From Candidatus Bathyarchaeia archaeon (GTDB lineage Archaea > Thermoproteota > Bathyarchaeia > Bathyarchaeales > Bathycorpusculaceae), in the NCBI GenBank assembly GCA_038882975.1, contig JAVZNE010000008.1, positions 1-60,120 of the forward strand: a stretch of 60,120 nucleotides of DNA. The letters run 5' to 3'. Below the pieces are notes generated by a model. It saw only the letters and a list, made by a program, of their open reading frames with translations. It did not search any database and was not told the DNA's origin. Shown in pieces: positions 18,034 to 28,321 of this stretch (its first letter is position 1; each line of letters begins with the position of its first letter). Both the position numbers and the translations under genes were made by a program.

Positions 18034-19898
18034 TTAGGGGTTATGCTGGAAAATTCTTAGAGGTTGACCTTTCCACACAAAGTTTTAAGGAAGTAGAGTT
18101 CAGCGATGAGGTTTTAAGGGATTATGTTGGCGGTAGGGGTTTAGCCACAAAAATCCTCTGGAACAGGCTTGGCGGTAGATGGGAAACCATTGACCCGCTT
18201 GGGCCGGAAAACTTGCTGCTATTCATTACTGGACCGCTTACGGGCTTTTTCCCGGGCGGGCGGATTTGTGTTTCTGGTAAGTCTCCGCAAAGCAACGGTG
18301 TTGTTGGCTCAACCGTTGCCGGAGAGTTTGGCGTCGAACTGAAGTGTGCTGGATATGATGGCATCATAGTGTCTGGTGAGGCTGAGAAGCCATGCTATAT
18401 TTTCATTAAGGATTCTGATGTTGAAATCTGTGATGCCAGCCACATTTGGGGTTTTGACGCAAAACAAACGGTCACTGTTCTAACTCGGGAATGTAGAGAG
18501 CTTTTGAAGGCTCGTTATCCACAGAAAGGCGAGTGGAAAGAGCCGTCAATCCTCTACATTGGTCCTGCTGGAGAGAACGAAGTGCGGACGGCTGTTGTTG
18601 CGGCTAAGTGGTCTCATGCTGCTGGTTATGGCGGCTACGGCGCCGTAATGGGTGCTAAGAGGCTTAAGGCGATAGCGGTTAAGGGTACTAGTCCACTGCC
18701 CGATGTTGCCGATATGGAAGGGGTAAAAGCGCTTATGCAGGAGGTTTGCAATAACGCCTATGAAAGTGAGCTTTGGAGACGTTGGGGGACTGGTTCAGCT
18801 GGCTACGAGGTTGGGGCTAAGACAAGCTCTGAGCCTGTTCGGAACTGGCAGGAGGAGTGGCACGACGAGAGAAGCTTTGGGGTTAACGAGTTTGAAAACA
18901 GGGTTTGGATTAAGCAGTATTGGGGGGATTTTGGCTGTCCGACAACATGCCTTAAACTGGCTGTTATAAGGTCTGGAAAGTTTAAGGGCGCAATAACAGA
19001 TAATCCCGACTACGAGTTGCAGGCCTATTTAGGCACAAACTTGGGCATATTCACTCCGGAAGAAAATGTTTACATGGCTTCCGTAATAGACGATTTGGGG
19101 CTTTGCGGCATACAAACAGGCAATGTGTTGGGTTTTGCAGCGGAACTTTTCCAAAGGGGAATATTGACAAAGAAGGACTTGGATGGCATAGAACTGAAGT
19201 GGGGTAACGCTGAGGCTTTCGCCGCCCTAGCCAGGAAAATCGCCTACAGAGAAGGCATAGGCAACATCCTAGCTGAAGGCACATACCGTGCAGCCCTAAA
19301 AATTGGCGAAATGAAGGGTGTTGATGCTATGCCCTACGCCGTGCAGGTTAAGGGCGTAGGTGTTGGCGCCCATGGAATAAGAAGCGAAAAGGATTATCCT
19401 GAAATATACTCTTATGCCTGTTCTGTACAATGTGGCGACCACACTTCCACCGCGTGCATGCCACTGGACGATTTTAGAAGCGAACTTATGATGGCATTTC
19501 ACGATTCAGGCGTTTACTGCTACTTCAATGTTTTTGGACTCCCCCGCACCTTGGTTTTCGACTTTTACAAGGCTGTGACAGGCATAGAATTGACAAAAGA
19601 GGATTGGGTTGCCACAAAAGCCATGAAAATAATACAGCTGCAGAGGGCAATGCTCCTCCTAGGCGGACCAGACCTAAAATGGAATCCGGAAATCCACGAT
19701 GACAATCCACCCCGTTTCTATGAGCCACTGCCATCGGGACCATACAAAGGCAAAGCAATCGATAAGGCGCGTGTGGACGAGGAGAAACGTAAGTATTATG
19801 AGCTTGTCGGTTGGGATGAGAGGGGTATACCAAAGTCGGAAATTCTTAAAAAGCTTGGATTAGACGACGTTGACAAAGCCTTAGAAAAACTCCGCTAA
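18030..19898 (+). CDS. Tungsten-dependent aldehyde:ferredoxin oxidoreductase family protein
   Basis: YVGGRGL, KSPQS, AGYDGII, IGPAGEN, GAVMGAKRLKAI, DDLGLC, YYELVGWDERGIP. Confidence 0.93.
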   Translation: MIRGYAGKFLEVDLSTQSFKEVEFSDEVLRDYVGGRGLATKILWNRLGGRWETIDPLGPENLLLFITGPLTGFFPGGRICVSGKSPQSNGVVGSTVAGEFGVELKCAGYDGIIVSGEAEKPCYIFIKDSDVEICDASHIWGFDAKQTVTVLTRECRELLKARYPQKGEWKEPSILYIGPAGENEVRTAVVAAKWSHAAGYGGYGAVMGAKRLKAIAVKGTSPLPDVADMEGVKALMQEVCNNAYESELWRRWGTGSAGYEVGAKTSSEPVRNWQEEWHDERSFGVNEFENRVWIKQYWGDFGCPTTCLKLAVIRSGKFKGAITDNPDYELQAYLGTNLGIFTPEENVYMASVIDDLGLCGIQTGNVLGFAAELFQRGILTKKDLDGIELKWGNAEAFAALARKIAYREGIGNILAEGTYRAALKIGEMKGVDAMPYAVQVKGVGVGAHGIRSEKDYPEIYSYACSVQCGDHTSTACMPLDDFRSELMMAFHDSGVYCYFNVFGLPRTLVFDFYKAVTGIELTKEDWVATKAMKIIQLQRAMLLLGGPDLKWNPEIHDDNPPRFYEPLPSGPYKGKAIDKARVDEEKRKYYELVGWDERGIPKSEILKKLGLDDVDKALEKLR

Positions 19899-19910
19899 AG
19901 TTTCGCGCCA

Positions 19911-20600
19911 TTAGGGCGGGGGCGGCGGAAGCGGAGGCGGTGGTGGGGGCGGGGGCGGCAACTCCTTCAAAGAACGGTAAAAGTGGACCGAAGACGCCAA
20001 AAACACAACGTTCAGAACCCAACTAACAACGGTTGCAATTAATGGACCGACTATTGGAATGAGGGATAAAACCACTGAAACAATTATTTGAACAATAATC
20101 ACGATCAAAATGAAGATTAAAGCTTCCTTAATATTTTTGATAACAAAGTCGAAGGACCTTTTTACGCTTTCTATGGCATCCAATCCGTCCACTATGACTA
20201 TTGTGATTAGGAAGAAAGCTATGGGCAACAATACAATGGTTATGCCAAATATTGCCGCAATAATAGTGGCAAGTATTAATGTTCCAAACCTGCTAATAAT
20301 AACGTTTAAGCTTTTTGTCAAGTCGGCTTGACGATCATTTAAAATGTCGTTTGCCATATCAACAATCATGAAGCCCGCCACGGTCCCTAAAATGTAAGCA
20401 ATAAACGAACCCCCAAACGACAAGTATATATTTGGCACCACAAATTCCTTTGCTCCAATGTAATATGTGGTTGCAAAGGCATAAGCCAACAAAGTAAAGA
20501 TTATGCCAACAACTATTGGCACGAGGGCAGGCATAAATATTATTGGGTTCTTAAGGGAAAGGTCCAAGCCCTTAGAGATAGATTCTTCAGATTTTGTCAT
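19911..20600 (-). CDS. Multi-pass membrane protein with poly-proline tail
   Basis: About six hydrophobic segments; ends LPPPPPPPPPLPPPPP. Confidence 0.75.
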   Translation of the reverse strand: MTKSEESISKGLDLSLKNPIIFMPALVPIVVGIIFTLLAYAFATTYYIGAKEFVVPNIYLSFGGSFIAYILGTVAGFMIVDMANDILNDRQADLTKSLNVIISRFGTLILATIIAAIFGITIVLLPIAFFLITIVIVDGLDAIESVKRSFDFVIKNIKEALIFILIVIIVQIIVSVVLSLIPIVGPLIATVVSWVLNVVFLASSVHFYRSLKELPPPPPPPPPLPPPPP

Positions 20601-20700
20601 GTTTCATAGGTGGATACCGCGTTCTTATAAAATTTGCTGACAAGCAATAAAGTTTTAAGGCTAACTACAAGGATTATTTTCATCGAGGGGCGGAATTACC

Positions 20701-21043
20701 TTGACGCAAGAAACTCGGGGGGGAAAGTGTCACAAGGGATAACCTCGTCAAAATGAAGGTTATTGATGCGGATGGATATTATATCGGCACAGTTAAGGAC
20801 GTAAGCTTCACTGTTGGAAAGAGTGGAATATCCCTAACAATAGAAGGAAAAGAGAGGGAAATCAAAATTGTTCCATGGGAAGACATCCAAGCAATCGGGG
20901 ACTTCGTACTGTTGAGACCACGTGAGGGGGCTCAACCAGCAGCTCAGCAACCTACCGCCGTTTGCCCCACATGCAAAGGGCCCCTCACATACATCTCACA
21001 ATACAAGAGATGGTACTGCTACAAGTGTCAAAAATACGCCTAA
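20701..21043 (+). CDS. PRC-barrel protein with C-terminal zinc ribbon; 5' end shifted by a G7 run
   Basis: KVIDADGYYIGTVKDV...VPWEDIQAIGDFVLL plus CPTC..CYKC; called ORF starts at 20753, while TTG 20701 is in frame if G7 (20717-20723) were G6. Confidence 0.7.
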
Positions 21044-21065
21044 ACCCCCGCATTTTTCGTTTACA

Positions 21066-21677
21066 CTACTCTTGTACTCGAATAACTCTTGTCGGCGTAA
21101 CTATCAAAGAGACTTTTCTATCCTTCTTTTCAGAGGGCACATTTTCAACCACCTGCATGTCATGAACTGTTGTGGCGACTAAAATTTTTCCAAACCTTCT
21201 TTCTATGGTTTCTATTTCCACGTCGCCGTAGCCGCGTCCCTTTCCAAGTCTATGTCCCTTCATGTCAACAGCCACCGACCCCTCAATTATTAGGTCCGGT
21301 TTTGGAAAGTCTCCAGTTTGAATTCCAAATTTGAAGGCGCCTCTTATTGTTGAGGCGAGATGCTCTTTTCCACGCACTTTTTCCGGGCTTATTAGTATGA
21401 AGCCCCGCGTTAGCCTAGGCGAAGCCATTACGAGAACTTTTCCATCCTTTAGGGCGTTTTCCCTCACCCTACGCTGAGGCGAGTCCGGATTGACGAAAAC
21501 AACCTTCGCTCTTTTCCATTCCTCAAGCTGTCGAAGTTTATCTGCAGCGGCTTCAGCTCCAACAAAGTTTGGAATTCTCCCCCAGCATGGAAGCGGGAAA
21601 GCCGCTGCTCCAGACCTCTCCATTTCAAGCCAAATTTTCTCACGTAACTGCTGCTTCTCTTCAGCAACCCTTGACAT
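21066..21677 (-). CDS. 5-formyltetrahydrofolate cyclo-ligase family protein
   Basis: GRIPNFVGAE, NPDSPQ, GSVAVD, RLGKGRGYGD. Confidence 0.9.
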   Translation of the reverse strand: MSRVAEEKQQLREKIWLEMERSGAAAFPLPCWGRIPNFVGAEAAADKLRQLEEWKRAKVVFVNPDSPQRRVRENALKDGKVLVMASPRLTRGFILISPEKVRGKEHLASTIRGAFKFGIQTGDFPKPDLIIEGSVAVDMKGHRLGKGRGYGDVEIETIERRFGKILVATTVHDMQVVENVPSEKKDRKVSLIVTPTRVIRVQE

Positions 21678-21812
21678 TTAAATGAAAATAAGGAAACACG
21701 AATTTAAATAAACAGTGCCATATTTTACATTTTACAAAACAGAGCTGACTATTGATTGAAGTGTTAATCTCCTGCATAATCAGAGGCTTCAACGCAAGAC
21801 CGTTGTTTATTG

Positions 21813-22289
21813 TTAGGCCCATGCCACGTCTTTTCTTTGAATTTTGATTTGTGCATATATGAAGCCTTTCTTAGCCCTTTCCTCCTGCTCTTCAATCCAA
21901 GCCTCTAGGCCTATCTCCCTCAGCCTTTTCCCATCCTCAATTGTTGTTGGATAAACTTTGTTATAGTTTTCAATTAGAGCACACGGATATTGATCGCAGA
22001 GGGGACATGTGAATACTCCTTTCCTTTGGGCGCATAGCCTCATCTTACATGTGGATGGGCCGCCGCCAGTTCTGCAAGAGCACTCATATCTTGTTAAATC
22101 TTCAAGAAACTTCCAGAAAACCGGAAAGGTTTCGCGCATGGAAGGCACATATTTATACCAATAATCCATGCCCTCTTGCTGAAGCGTGTCTCTAAGCTGC
22201 CTTGCATGCTTCGGGAAGCAAACTCTGACGCCGCATAACCCGCAATAACAGCCACAGTATCCAACAAGCCTTAACAAATCTTGAGCCAT
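21813..22289 (-). CDS. Cys-rich DUF3795-like protein
   Basis: GYCGCYCGLC, CSCRTGGG, CKMRLCA, CPLCDQYPC. Confidence 0.75.
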   Translation of the reverse strand: MAQDLLRLVGYCGCYCGLCGVRVCFPKHARQLRDTLQQEGMDYWYKYVPSMRETFPVFWKFLEDLTRYECSCRTGGGPSTCKMRLCAQRKGVFTCPLCDQYPCALIENYNKVYPTTIEDGKRLREIGLEAWIEEQEERAKKGFIYAQIKIQRKDVAWA

Positions 22290-22396
22290 AACAATATCAC
22301 TAAACTTAATGTCACACGATAGCAATTTAACATTTCCCAATACGATGAAAAACGTTAGAGTGGTGTTCTTTAAAGAGAAAATGAGGAGTTGGGGTT

Positions 22397-23596
22397 TTAG
22401 ATTATTCCGAGTTTTTTGCCGCCTTCTTTGAAAGCTTCCGCTGCTCTGTCAAGCTGTTCTGTTGTGTGCTTCGTGCATACTTGGACGCGAATTCTGGCTT
22501 TATCCCTAGCAACCATTGGATAAAATATTGGCAGGACGAATATGCCCTCAGTCCACAGGTAGTCTGCCAAGTCCCTCGCAGCCTTACTCTTTCCACACAT
22601 GACTGGAATTATTGGAGTTTCGGTGTTGCCGGTGTCAAAGCCAGCATCCTGCAGCGCATCTAGCAAGTGATTTCGGTTCTCCCAGACTCGGCGGACGTGT
22701 TCCGGTTCTGTTTCGAGGACGTCTATTGCGGCTATGCAGGCGGCTGCGACTCCCGGCGGGACGGCGCCGCTGAGGAGCCAGCTTCTAGCCTTGTTGTAGG
22801 CGAAGTTTCGGAGTTCCTCGCTTCCAGTTATGTGTCCGCCTATAACGCCGAAAGCTTTTGAAAAAGTGCCCATTTCCACGTGCACTTCATCACGCCTAAG
22901 CCCGTAGTGACTTACTATTCCGCGTCCGCCTTCGCCTAAAACGCCTTCGCCATGTGCGTCGTCCACATAAACTCCTGCACCATGCTCCTTTGCAATTTTG
23001 GCTATTTCCCGCAGTGGTGCCGTGTCTCCGTCCATGCTGAAAACTCCGTCTGTTATTATCCATATGTGGTTGTAGGGTGGGTCGTGTTTTTCAGCTTCTT
23101 CCATGACGCGGGCTAAGTCTTCAACGTCCTTGTGCTTGTATATGGCTCTGTCCGCTCGGCTCAATCTACAACCGTCAATTATTGACCCGTGGTTAAGCTC
23201 ATCTGAAACTATCAAGTCGCCCTTGTCCGCGAGTTGCGGTATAAGCCCCTCATTAACCATGAAGCCAGTCTGGAATGTAAGTGATGCCGGAGCTCTCTTG
23301 AACTTTGCTAGGCGTCTGTCCAACTCCTCATGAAGGATCATGTTTCCAGAAATAGACCTGTCGCTTCCAGCCCCAGCGCCATATTTGCGGGTTGCCTCTA
23401 TCATGGCGTTGACAACTTTTGGATGGGTTGCAAGGTTTAGGTAGTTGTTAGCACAGAGCATGAGCACCTCTTTGCCGTTAACTATGCATATGGGCTCGCT
23501 GGCAGACTCCAAAACCTTAAGCTCCCAGTTCAAGTTCTCCCGCACCAAGCGCTCATATTCCTCAGCCAAATAGCGTGTAGGATGCCTCTCAACCAT
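22397..23596 (-). CDS. kbl: 2-amino-3-ketobutyrate CoA ligase (glycine C-acetyltransferase), AONS family
   Basis: CANNYL, SDELNHGSIIDG, DGVFSMDG, VDDAHG, GTFSKAFG; co-oriented with threonine dehydrogenase. Confidence 0.85.
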   Translation of the reverse strand: MVERHPTRYLAEEYERLVRENLNWELKVLESASEPICIVNGKEVLMLCANNYLNLATHPKVVNAMIEATRKYGAGAGSDRSISGNMILHEELDRRLAKFKRAPASLTFQTGFMVNEGLIPQLADKGDLIVSDELNHGSIIDGCRLSRADRAIYKHKDVEDLARVMEEAEKHDPPYNHIWIITDGVFSMDGDTAPLREIAKIAKEHGAGVYVDDAHGEGVLGEGGRGIVSHYGLRRDEVHVEMGTFSKAFGVIGGHITGSEELRNFAYNKARSWLLSGAVPPGVAAACIAAIDVLETEPEHVRRVWENRNHLLDALQDAGFDTGNTETPIIPVMCGKSKAARDLADYLWTEGIFVLPIFYPMVARDKARIRVQVCTKHTTEQLDRAAEAFKEGGKKLGII

Positions 23597-23674
23597 GCCC
23601 TTTCACCCTCCAATTAGCTCTAAATTTAAGACAGCTTTTAACACTTCCTATAAAATTACGGCGGAAGGAAACGT

Positions 23675-24649
23675 TTAAAGGCGGTTTTCAGCAAAACGCT
23701 TAGAAAGCTTCTCAATCATGTCACGGGTCATGGTGGCTAAGTCATATTTTGGGTTCCAACCCCAGTCCTCGCGGGCCGCACTGTCATCTATAGACATAGG
23801 CCATGAATCCGCAATCTTCTGCCTAAAATCCGGCTTGTAATCGCAGACAAAATCTGGAATATACTTCCTAATTTCCGCCACAAGCTCAGCTGGAGAAAAG
23901 CTCATAGCCGCTACATTATAGCTTGTGCGACACCTAATCCGCGACGCGTCAGCTTCCATCAGTGTTATTGCCGCGTTTATGCAGTCTGGCATATACATCA
24001 TTGGCAAAACGGTGTTAGCCCTCAAAAAGCATGTGTAACGCTTACACCTAACAGCTTCATAAAAAATTTCAACAGCATAGTCTGTTGTGCCCCCGCCCGG
24101 AGGAGTTTCGCTGCTTATTATTCCGGGATAACGGACGCTTCTAACGTCAACATTATAGCGGAGAAAATAGTAGTTGCAGAGCAATTCGCCGGCAACTTTC
24201 GTCACGCCATACATGGTTCTTGGAATTAAAACGGTGTTTTGGGGAGTTTTAACACGGGGTGCCTCCGGACCGAAAACGGCTATGGAACTTGGCCAAAAAA
24301 CCCTTAAGCCATATTCTCTTGCTATTTCAAGTATGTTGTAGAGGCTTCCCATGTTAATGTTCCATGCGTTTTGCGGGTTTTCTTCGCCAACCGCTGAAAG
24401 AACAGCGGCCAAATGATAAACGGTGTCGATGTCGTGTTCCCTGACGATTTTTTCAACATCCTCCCTTTTTGTGGCGTCAATAAATTCGAAAGGTCCTGAG
24501 CCTATTAGGGCTTCACCTGGTTTTCTTTTGTGTCCGGCGGCAACCACGTTTTCCCCGCCATATCTGTTCCGCAACTCCAGTGTGAGTTCAGAACCAATTT
24601 GTCCCGTTGCCCCCGTGACAAGAATTTTCTTTGAATGCTTTCTGTACAT
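23675..24649 (-). CDS. tdh: L-threonine 3-dehydrogenase (extended SDR type)
   Basis: GATGQIG, LSAVGE, PSSIAVFG, YGVTK, PGGGTTDY, IADSWP. Confidence 0.88.
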   Translation of the reverse strand: MYRKHSKKILVTGATGQIGSELTLELRNRYGGENVVAAGHKRKPGEALIGSGPFEFIDATKREDVEKIVREHDIDTVYHLAAVLSAVGEENPQNAWNINMGSLYNILEIAREYGLRVFWPSSIAVFGPEAPRVKTPQNTVLIPRTMYGVTKVAGELLCNYYFLRYNVDVRSVRYPGIISSETPPGGGTTDYAVEIFYEAVRCKRYTCFLRANTVLPMMYMPDCINAAITLMEADASRIRCRTSYNVAAMSFSPAELVAEIRKYIPDFVCDYKPDFRQKIADSWPMSIDDSAAREDWGWNPKYDLATMTRDMIEKLSKRFAENRL

Positions 24650-24743
24650 GGAGACACCGAGCTTGCAGAAAAGGGCTTTAAAAGATTTAGGATATATAAG
24701 AGCTTCCGAGGAAATATACCCGTTTTAACCTTTGAACTGGCGC

Positions 24744-25682
24744 TTATTCAAGCACTTGGGCCCGCTTAAACGAGTACCATGCAATGGCAAAAAGTCCAAT
24801 AATGTAGGCAAAAGCCACAATCAGCGACCTAAAAAGCACAAACCACAAGGGCTCCCTGAATAGTTCTGTAAAGGGGTTTCCAGGGGCAAGACTAAACTTT
24901 AGGTAGGCTACTTCTGTTGATGGGTAAAGCAAACAATTTATTATGTTAGCAGCTATATTGTCAGTTCCTGTTGATATGCTCCTCGTTATTGTTCCGTTAT
25001 CTCTGATAAACCCAGCTGCGCCGCTTCCAGGAAGATAGTTTAGAATCCACGCTTGGTCTGTGAAGACGGAGATTATCCCCGAGCTTATGTTTAACGCCAT
25101 GTAAATGCCGAAGGTTCCAAGGGCAGCTAGCAACGAATTTTTTGAAAGTGTCCCTATGAATATGACAATGGCAATCCAGACAAAAGTGCTGATTATAGTG
25201 CCTAGTAGCGAAAGGGGCAGCAAGTGGAGGTTGTTTTGGGGACCATAAATTATCCAACCGCCAACAGCCATGTAGACGAGGAGGCTTGCATAAGCGGCAA
25301 AGAGGGTTATGAATGCAGCTAGAAGCTTGCCAATGAAAATCATGGTTCTCGAAACCGGCTTTGTTAACAATGGAACAATTGAGCCGCTTTCGAATTCGCC
25401 TGAAATGCTGTTCATGGCTATGGCTACTGCAAAGAGAAATATGCCCATTCCGCCCAATCCAACTCCCGTGCTGATTACGTAGTCAGGATTTTTTGGCAGA
25501 TATTCACTGACTCCTGCAATGTTGCGGAGTATAACTGGCAAAACTAGGTTTAAAGTGGCGAGGGCGAGGGCAAGCACCATTACGCCGATAAACTTCTTTT
25601 TCCGAATGTTCCAAAGCAGCTCATATTTCACAACCGCCCAGAAGCGGGATGCCCAACCACTCCAAGTTTTTGCCATCATCAC
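24744..25682 (-). CDS. ABC-2 type exporter permease
   Basis: SISGEFESGSIVPLLTKPVSR motif; multiple TM segments. Confidence 0.88.
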   Translation of the reverse strand: MMMAKTWSGWASRFWAVVKYELLWNIRKKKFIGVMVLALALATLNLVLPVILRNIAGVSEYLPKNPDYVISTGVGLGGMGIFLFAVAIAMNSISGEFESGSIVPLLTKPVSRTMIFIGKLLAAFITLFAAYASLLVYMAVGGWIIYGPQNNLHLLPLSLLGTIISTFVWIAIVIFIGTLSKNSLLAALGTFGIYMALNISSGIISVFTDQAWILNYLPGSGAAGFIRDNGTITRSISTGTDNIAANIINCLLYPSTEVAYLKFSLAPGNPFTELFREPLWFVLFRSLIVAFAYIIGLFAIAWYSFKRAQVLE

Positions 25683-26623
25683 TTTCCACCTCCAGGCCCC
25701 GCAATAAGCTGCATGAAAACCTCTTCAAGGGTCCGCCCCTTAAGGTTCATGGAAACTATTACGCCGCCAGCCCTTGTTATCTCTTGAGAAATCTGCGGTC
25801 TAACATCGTCATAAGTTTTCAACTCTATCACTAGTATTTTGCCTCCATGCTCAACGTTAGACACAAATGGCAGCTTCCTTAACACGTCAGCTACAGAGTC
25901 TAAGGGTTTCGCCAACTCCACCACAAGTGTGGCGGCGGCTCCAGATATCTTGTTGTAAACGTTTTGGAGCGTGTCGGAAGCTAAGGCGACACCCTTATGA
26001 ATTATTGTTATGTGTGTACAGACCTGCTCCACCTCAAAGAGCAAATGCGATGAAAGGAAGACCGTTCTACCCTCCTTAGCTATGTTTTTCACAAGCTCTC
26101 TAACCTCAACCATCCCCACAGGGTCCAAACCGAGGCTAGGCTCGTCCAAAATCACCAGTTCAGGGTCGTTCAGCAAGGCTTGGGCTATGCCCAAGCGTTG
26201 CTGCATGCCCTTACTATATTTTCCAATAAGGTCTTTTTCTCTGCCCTTAAGTCCAACTATCTCCAAAAGCTTCGGTATTTGCTCCCTCCGCTGCTGTTCA
26301 GACATCCCATACATTCGCCCATAAAGGTCTAGGAGCTCCCGACCCCGCAAGTGCTTCGGAAATTTGGGGAGTTCAGGCATATAACCCACTTTAAGGCGGG
26401 CTTCCGGCATGTCTCCACGCACTTCACGCCCAAGAACTTTAACAGTTCCCTCGTCTGGTCTTAAAAGTCCAACCAAAACCTTAATTGTCGTTGTTTTCCC
26501 TGCGCCATTGGGACCAAGAAAACCGTGAATTGTATTCTTTCCAACTTGAAGGTTCAGCTTATTCACGGCGACCAATGAACCATACCTTTTTGTTAAGCCA
26601 ACAGTTTCTATCGCTAAAGCCAT
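25679..26623 (-). CDS. ABC exporter ATP-binding protein
   Basis: GPNGAGKTT, YSKGMQQR, ILDEP, SSH. Confidence 0.95.
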   Translation of the reverse strand: MALAIETVGLTKRYGSLVAVNKLNLQVGKNTIHGFLGPNGAGKTTTIKVLVGLLRPDEGTVKVLGREVRGDMPEARLKVGYMPELPKFPKHLRGRELLDLYGRMYGMSEQQRREQIPKLLEIVGLKGREKDLIGKYSKGMQQRLGIAQALLNDPELVILDEPSLGLDPVGMVEVRELVKNIAKEGRTVFLSSHLLFEVEQVCTHITIIHKGVALASDTLQNVYNKISGAAATLVVELAKPLDSVADVLRKLPFVSNVEHGGKILVIELKTYDDVRPQISQEITRAGGVIVSMNLKGRTLEEVFMQLIAGPGGGK

Positions 26624-26638
26624 CGGGCGCCCTCCATT

Positions 26639-28321
26639 TTACTGTTCTATGCTCTGCAATAGCTCCTCAGCACTATTTAAGGCTAATTTATAGGCTACAT
26701 AAGTTATTAGAAAAGCTATGATTCCGCTTATGGGCAAAGCAATATATGGATAATAGCTAGGTAGCATGAAAATCACAAAAAAGGATTGGAAGATTCTTTG
26801 AAAGCCGTATGTAATCATCGGACCAATTATCATTAGCCCAACCACGGCGCAAGCAACCATGTTAAGTAAGCCCCAAAGCGGCTTAACCATTTTTGGTCTT
26901 GGCAGTTCTTGGAAGTCGGCGCCCCTTATCCCAAAGACAAGTGAAACCATGCCCAGGGCGAAAGCCAAAAAAATGGATTCCAGAGCCACTATGAATAACG
27001 CCCTAATTGATGGCGCCAGTATGAAATAGGCGGCAACTGAACATACAAGGATTACGATTAAGCTGAAAAGTGCGATAAAGGCGTATTTTGCCCTAATAAA
27101 GCTTTTTGCAGATATCGGCATTGAGTTTACAAGCCATATGCCGCTTCCTTCTGAGCCAACAATTATGTTTCCCAGCGAAAAGGCGATAAAGCCTCCGGGC
27201 AGCAGTGCCATGTAAATAAACAGGAATGTAGATATTGTAGGCGGTGGTGCAGTTTCTCCCCTCATTGTGGAAAGGATAGGCATGATAATAAGGACTATTG
27301 GGATTATGAATATCTGCATGAGTTCGCGGCGCCTAGTGAAAGCCTTAAAATCCTTTCTAATTATGGCTGCTTCAAGGGGCGAAAATCCCAGCCTTCCGAG
27401 AAAACCAGTTTTTGGAGCGTAAACTCCGCTGGAAACCTTTATTGTTGGAGCTTCGTATAAGCTGAATCTCGCGTTCAAAATGGTTGCCGCCAGAAAAAGC
27501 ACATAGATAAATCCTATCGAAAATAGCAAGAACAAGGCTGTTTCCAGCCACAAACCCGAGGCAAAGGACGACAGCGCGGCTCCATGCCAAAGGTATGGGA
27601 TAAACCAGAGCATTCTCTGTCCCGTGGCAACCCACTCAATAAGCGCTTGAGGCGGCACGTTATAGTAGAGCGAGAAATAAATCACGTAGAAAACTATGAA
27701 GAATATTATAGTGCCGATGAACCTCACCCAGATAGCGGCTCTGCCAGCAACCTTAGTAATCGCCCCGGAGATTCTGACCTGCACAACCTTAAGCACTTCT
27801 GTGGTTATGCTGGATAGGAGTAGACTTATCAACAGCGCCAACACCGTAAACGCTGCAAGTGGCAACAACCCTAAGAAAAGCGAAGCCACAATTATGGCTG
27901 AGCTAATAAATACGGTTATTATTAGGGGTGTCCCAAGAATGTTGGCTATTATTGAGGCGAGGGTGTGCTCCTCCCACGTTATAGGAAGCCAATAAGGAGG
28001 CTGAATAGTTATCTTTGCGCCTATGCGTTGAAACTGGCTTATCTGGGTGAAAACAAGCCCGTAAAGAAGCGCTATGATCGGCAAGGCTATGAAAAGGGTG
28101 GTTGCGCCTTCATGAACCAGCTGCATTAAAGAAGGATCCGTTATTCCAGCAAAAAAGTTTCCAGCAAAGAAGCCCACCAGAAGGCCTAAAACACACGCCC
28201 CAAGATATAGGGCGTATGTTAAAATCTTATTTTCCCTAAAACGTCTAAACCTTGCACCCCTAACAACTCTTGAAGACTTAACGTCTACGCTTATTAGGAG
28301 TAGGACGTTTTTCCAGTTCAC
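26639..28321 (-). CDS. Putative ABC exporter permease (large, multi-TM)
   Basis: 560 aa, many TM segments, follows an ABC ATPase gene. Confidence 0.8.
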   Translation of the reverse strand: MNWKNVLLLISVDVKSSRVVRGARFRRFRENKILTYALYLGACVLGLLVGFFAGNFFAGITDPSLMQLVHEGATTLFIALPIIALLYGLVFTQISQFQRIGAKITIQPPYWLPITWEEHTLASIIANILGTPLIITVFISSAIIVASLFLGLLPLAAFTVLALLISLLLSSITTEVLKVVQVRISGAITKVAGRAAIWVRFIGTIIFFIVFYVIYFSLYYNVPPQALIEWVATGQRMLWFIPYLWHGAALSSFASGLWLETALFLLFSIGFIYVLFLAATILNARFSLYEAPTIKVSSGVYAPKTGFLGRLGFSPLEAAIIRKDFKAFTRRRELMQIFIIPIVLIIMPILSTMRGETAPPPTISTFLFIYMALLPGGFIAFSLGNIIVGSEGSGIWLVNSMPISAKSFIRAKYAFIALFSLIVILVCSVAAYFILAPSIRALFIVALESIFLAFALGMVSLVFGIRGADFQELPRPKMVKPLWGLLNMVACAVVGLMIIGPMITYGFQRIFQSFFVIFMLPSYYPYIALPISGIIAFLITYVAYKLALNSAEELLQSIEQ

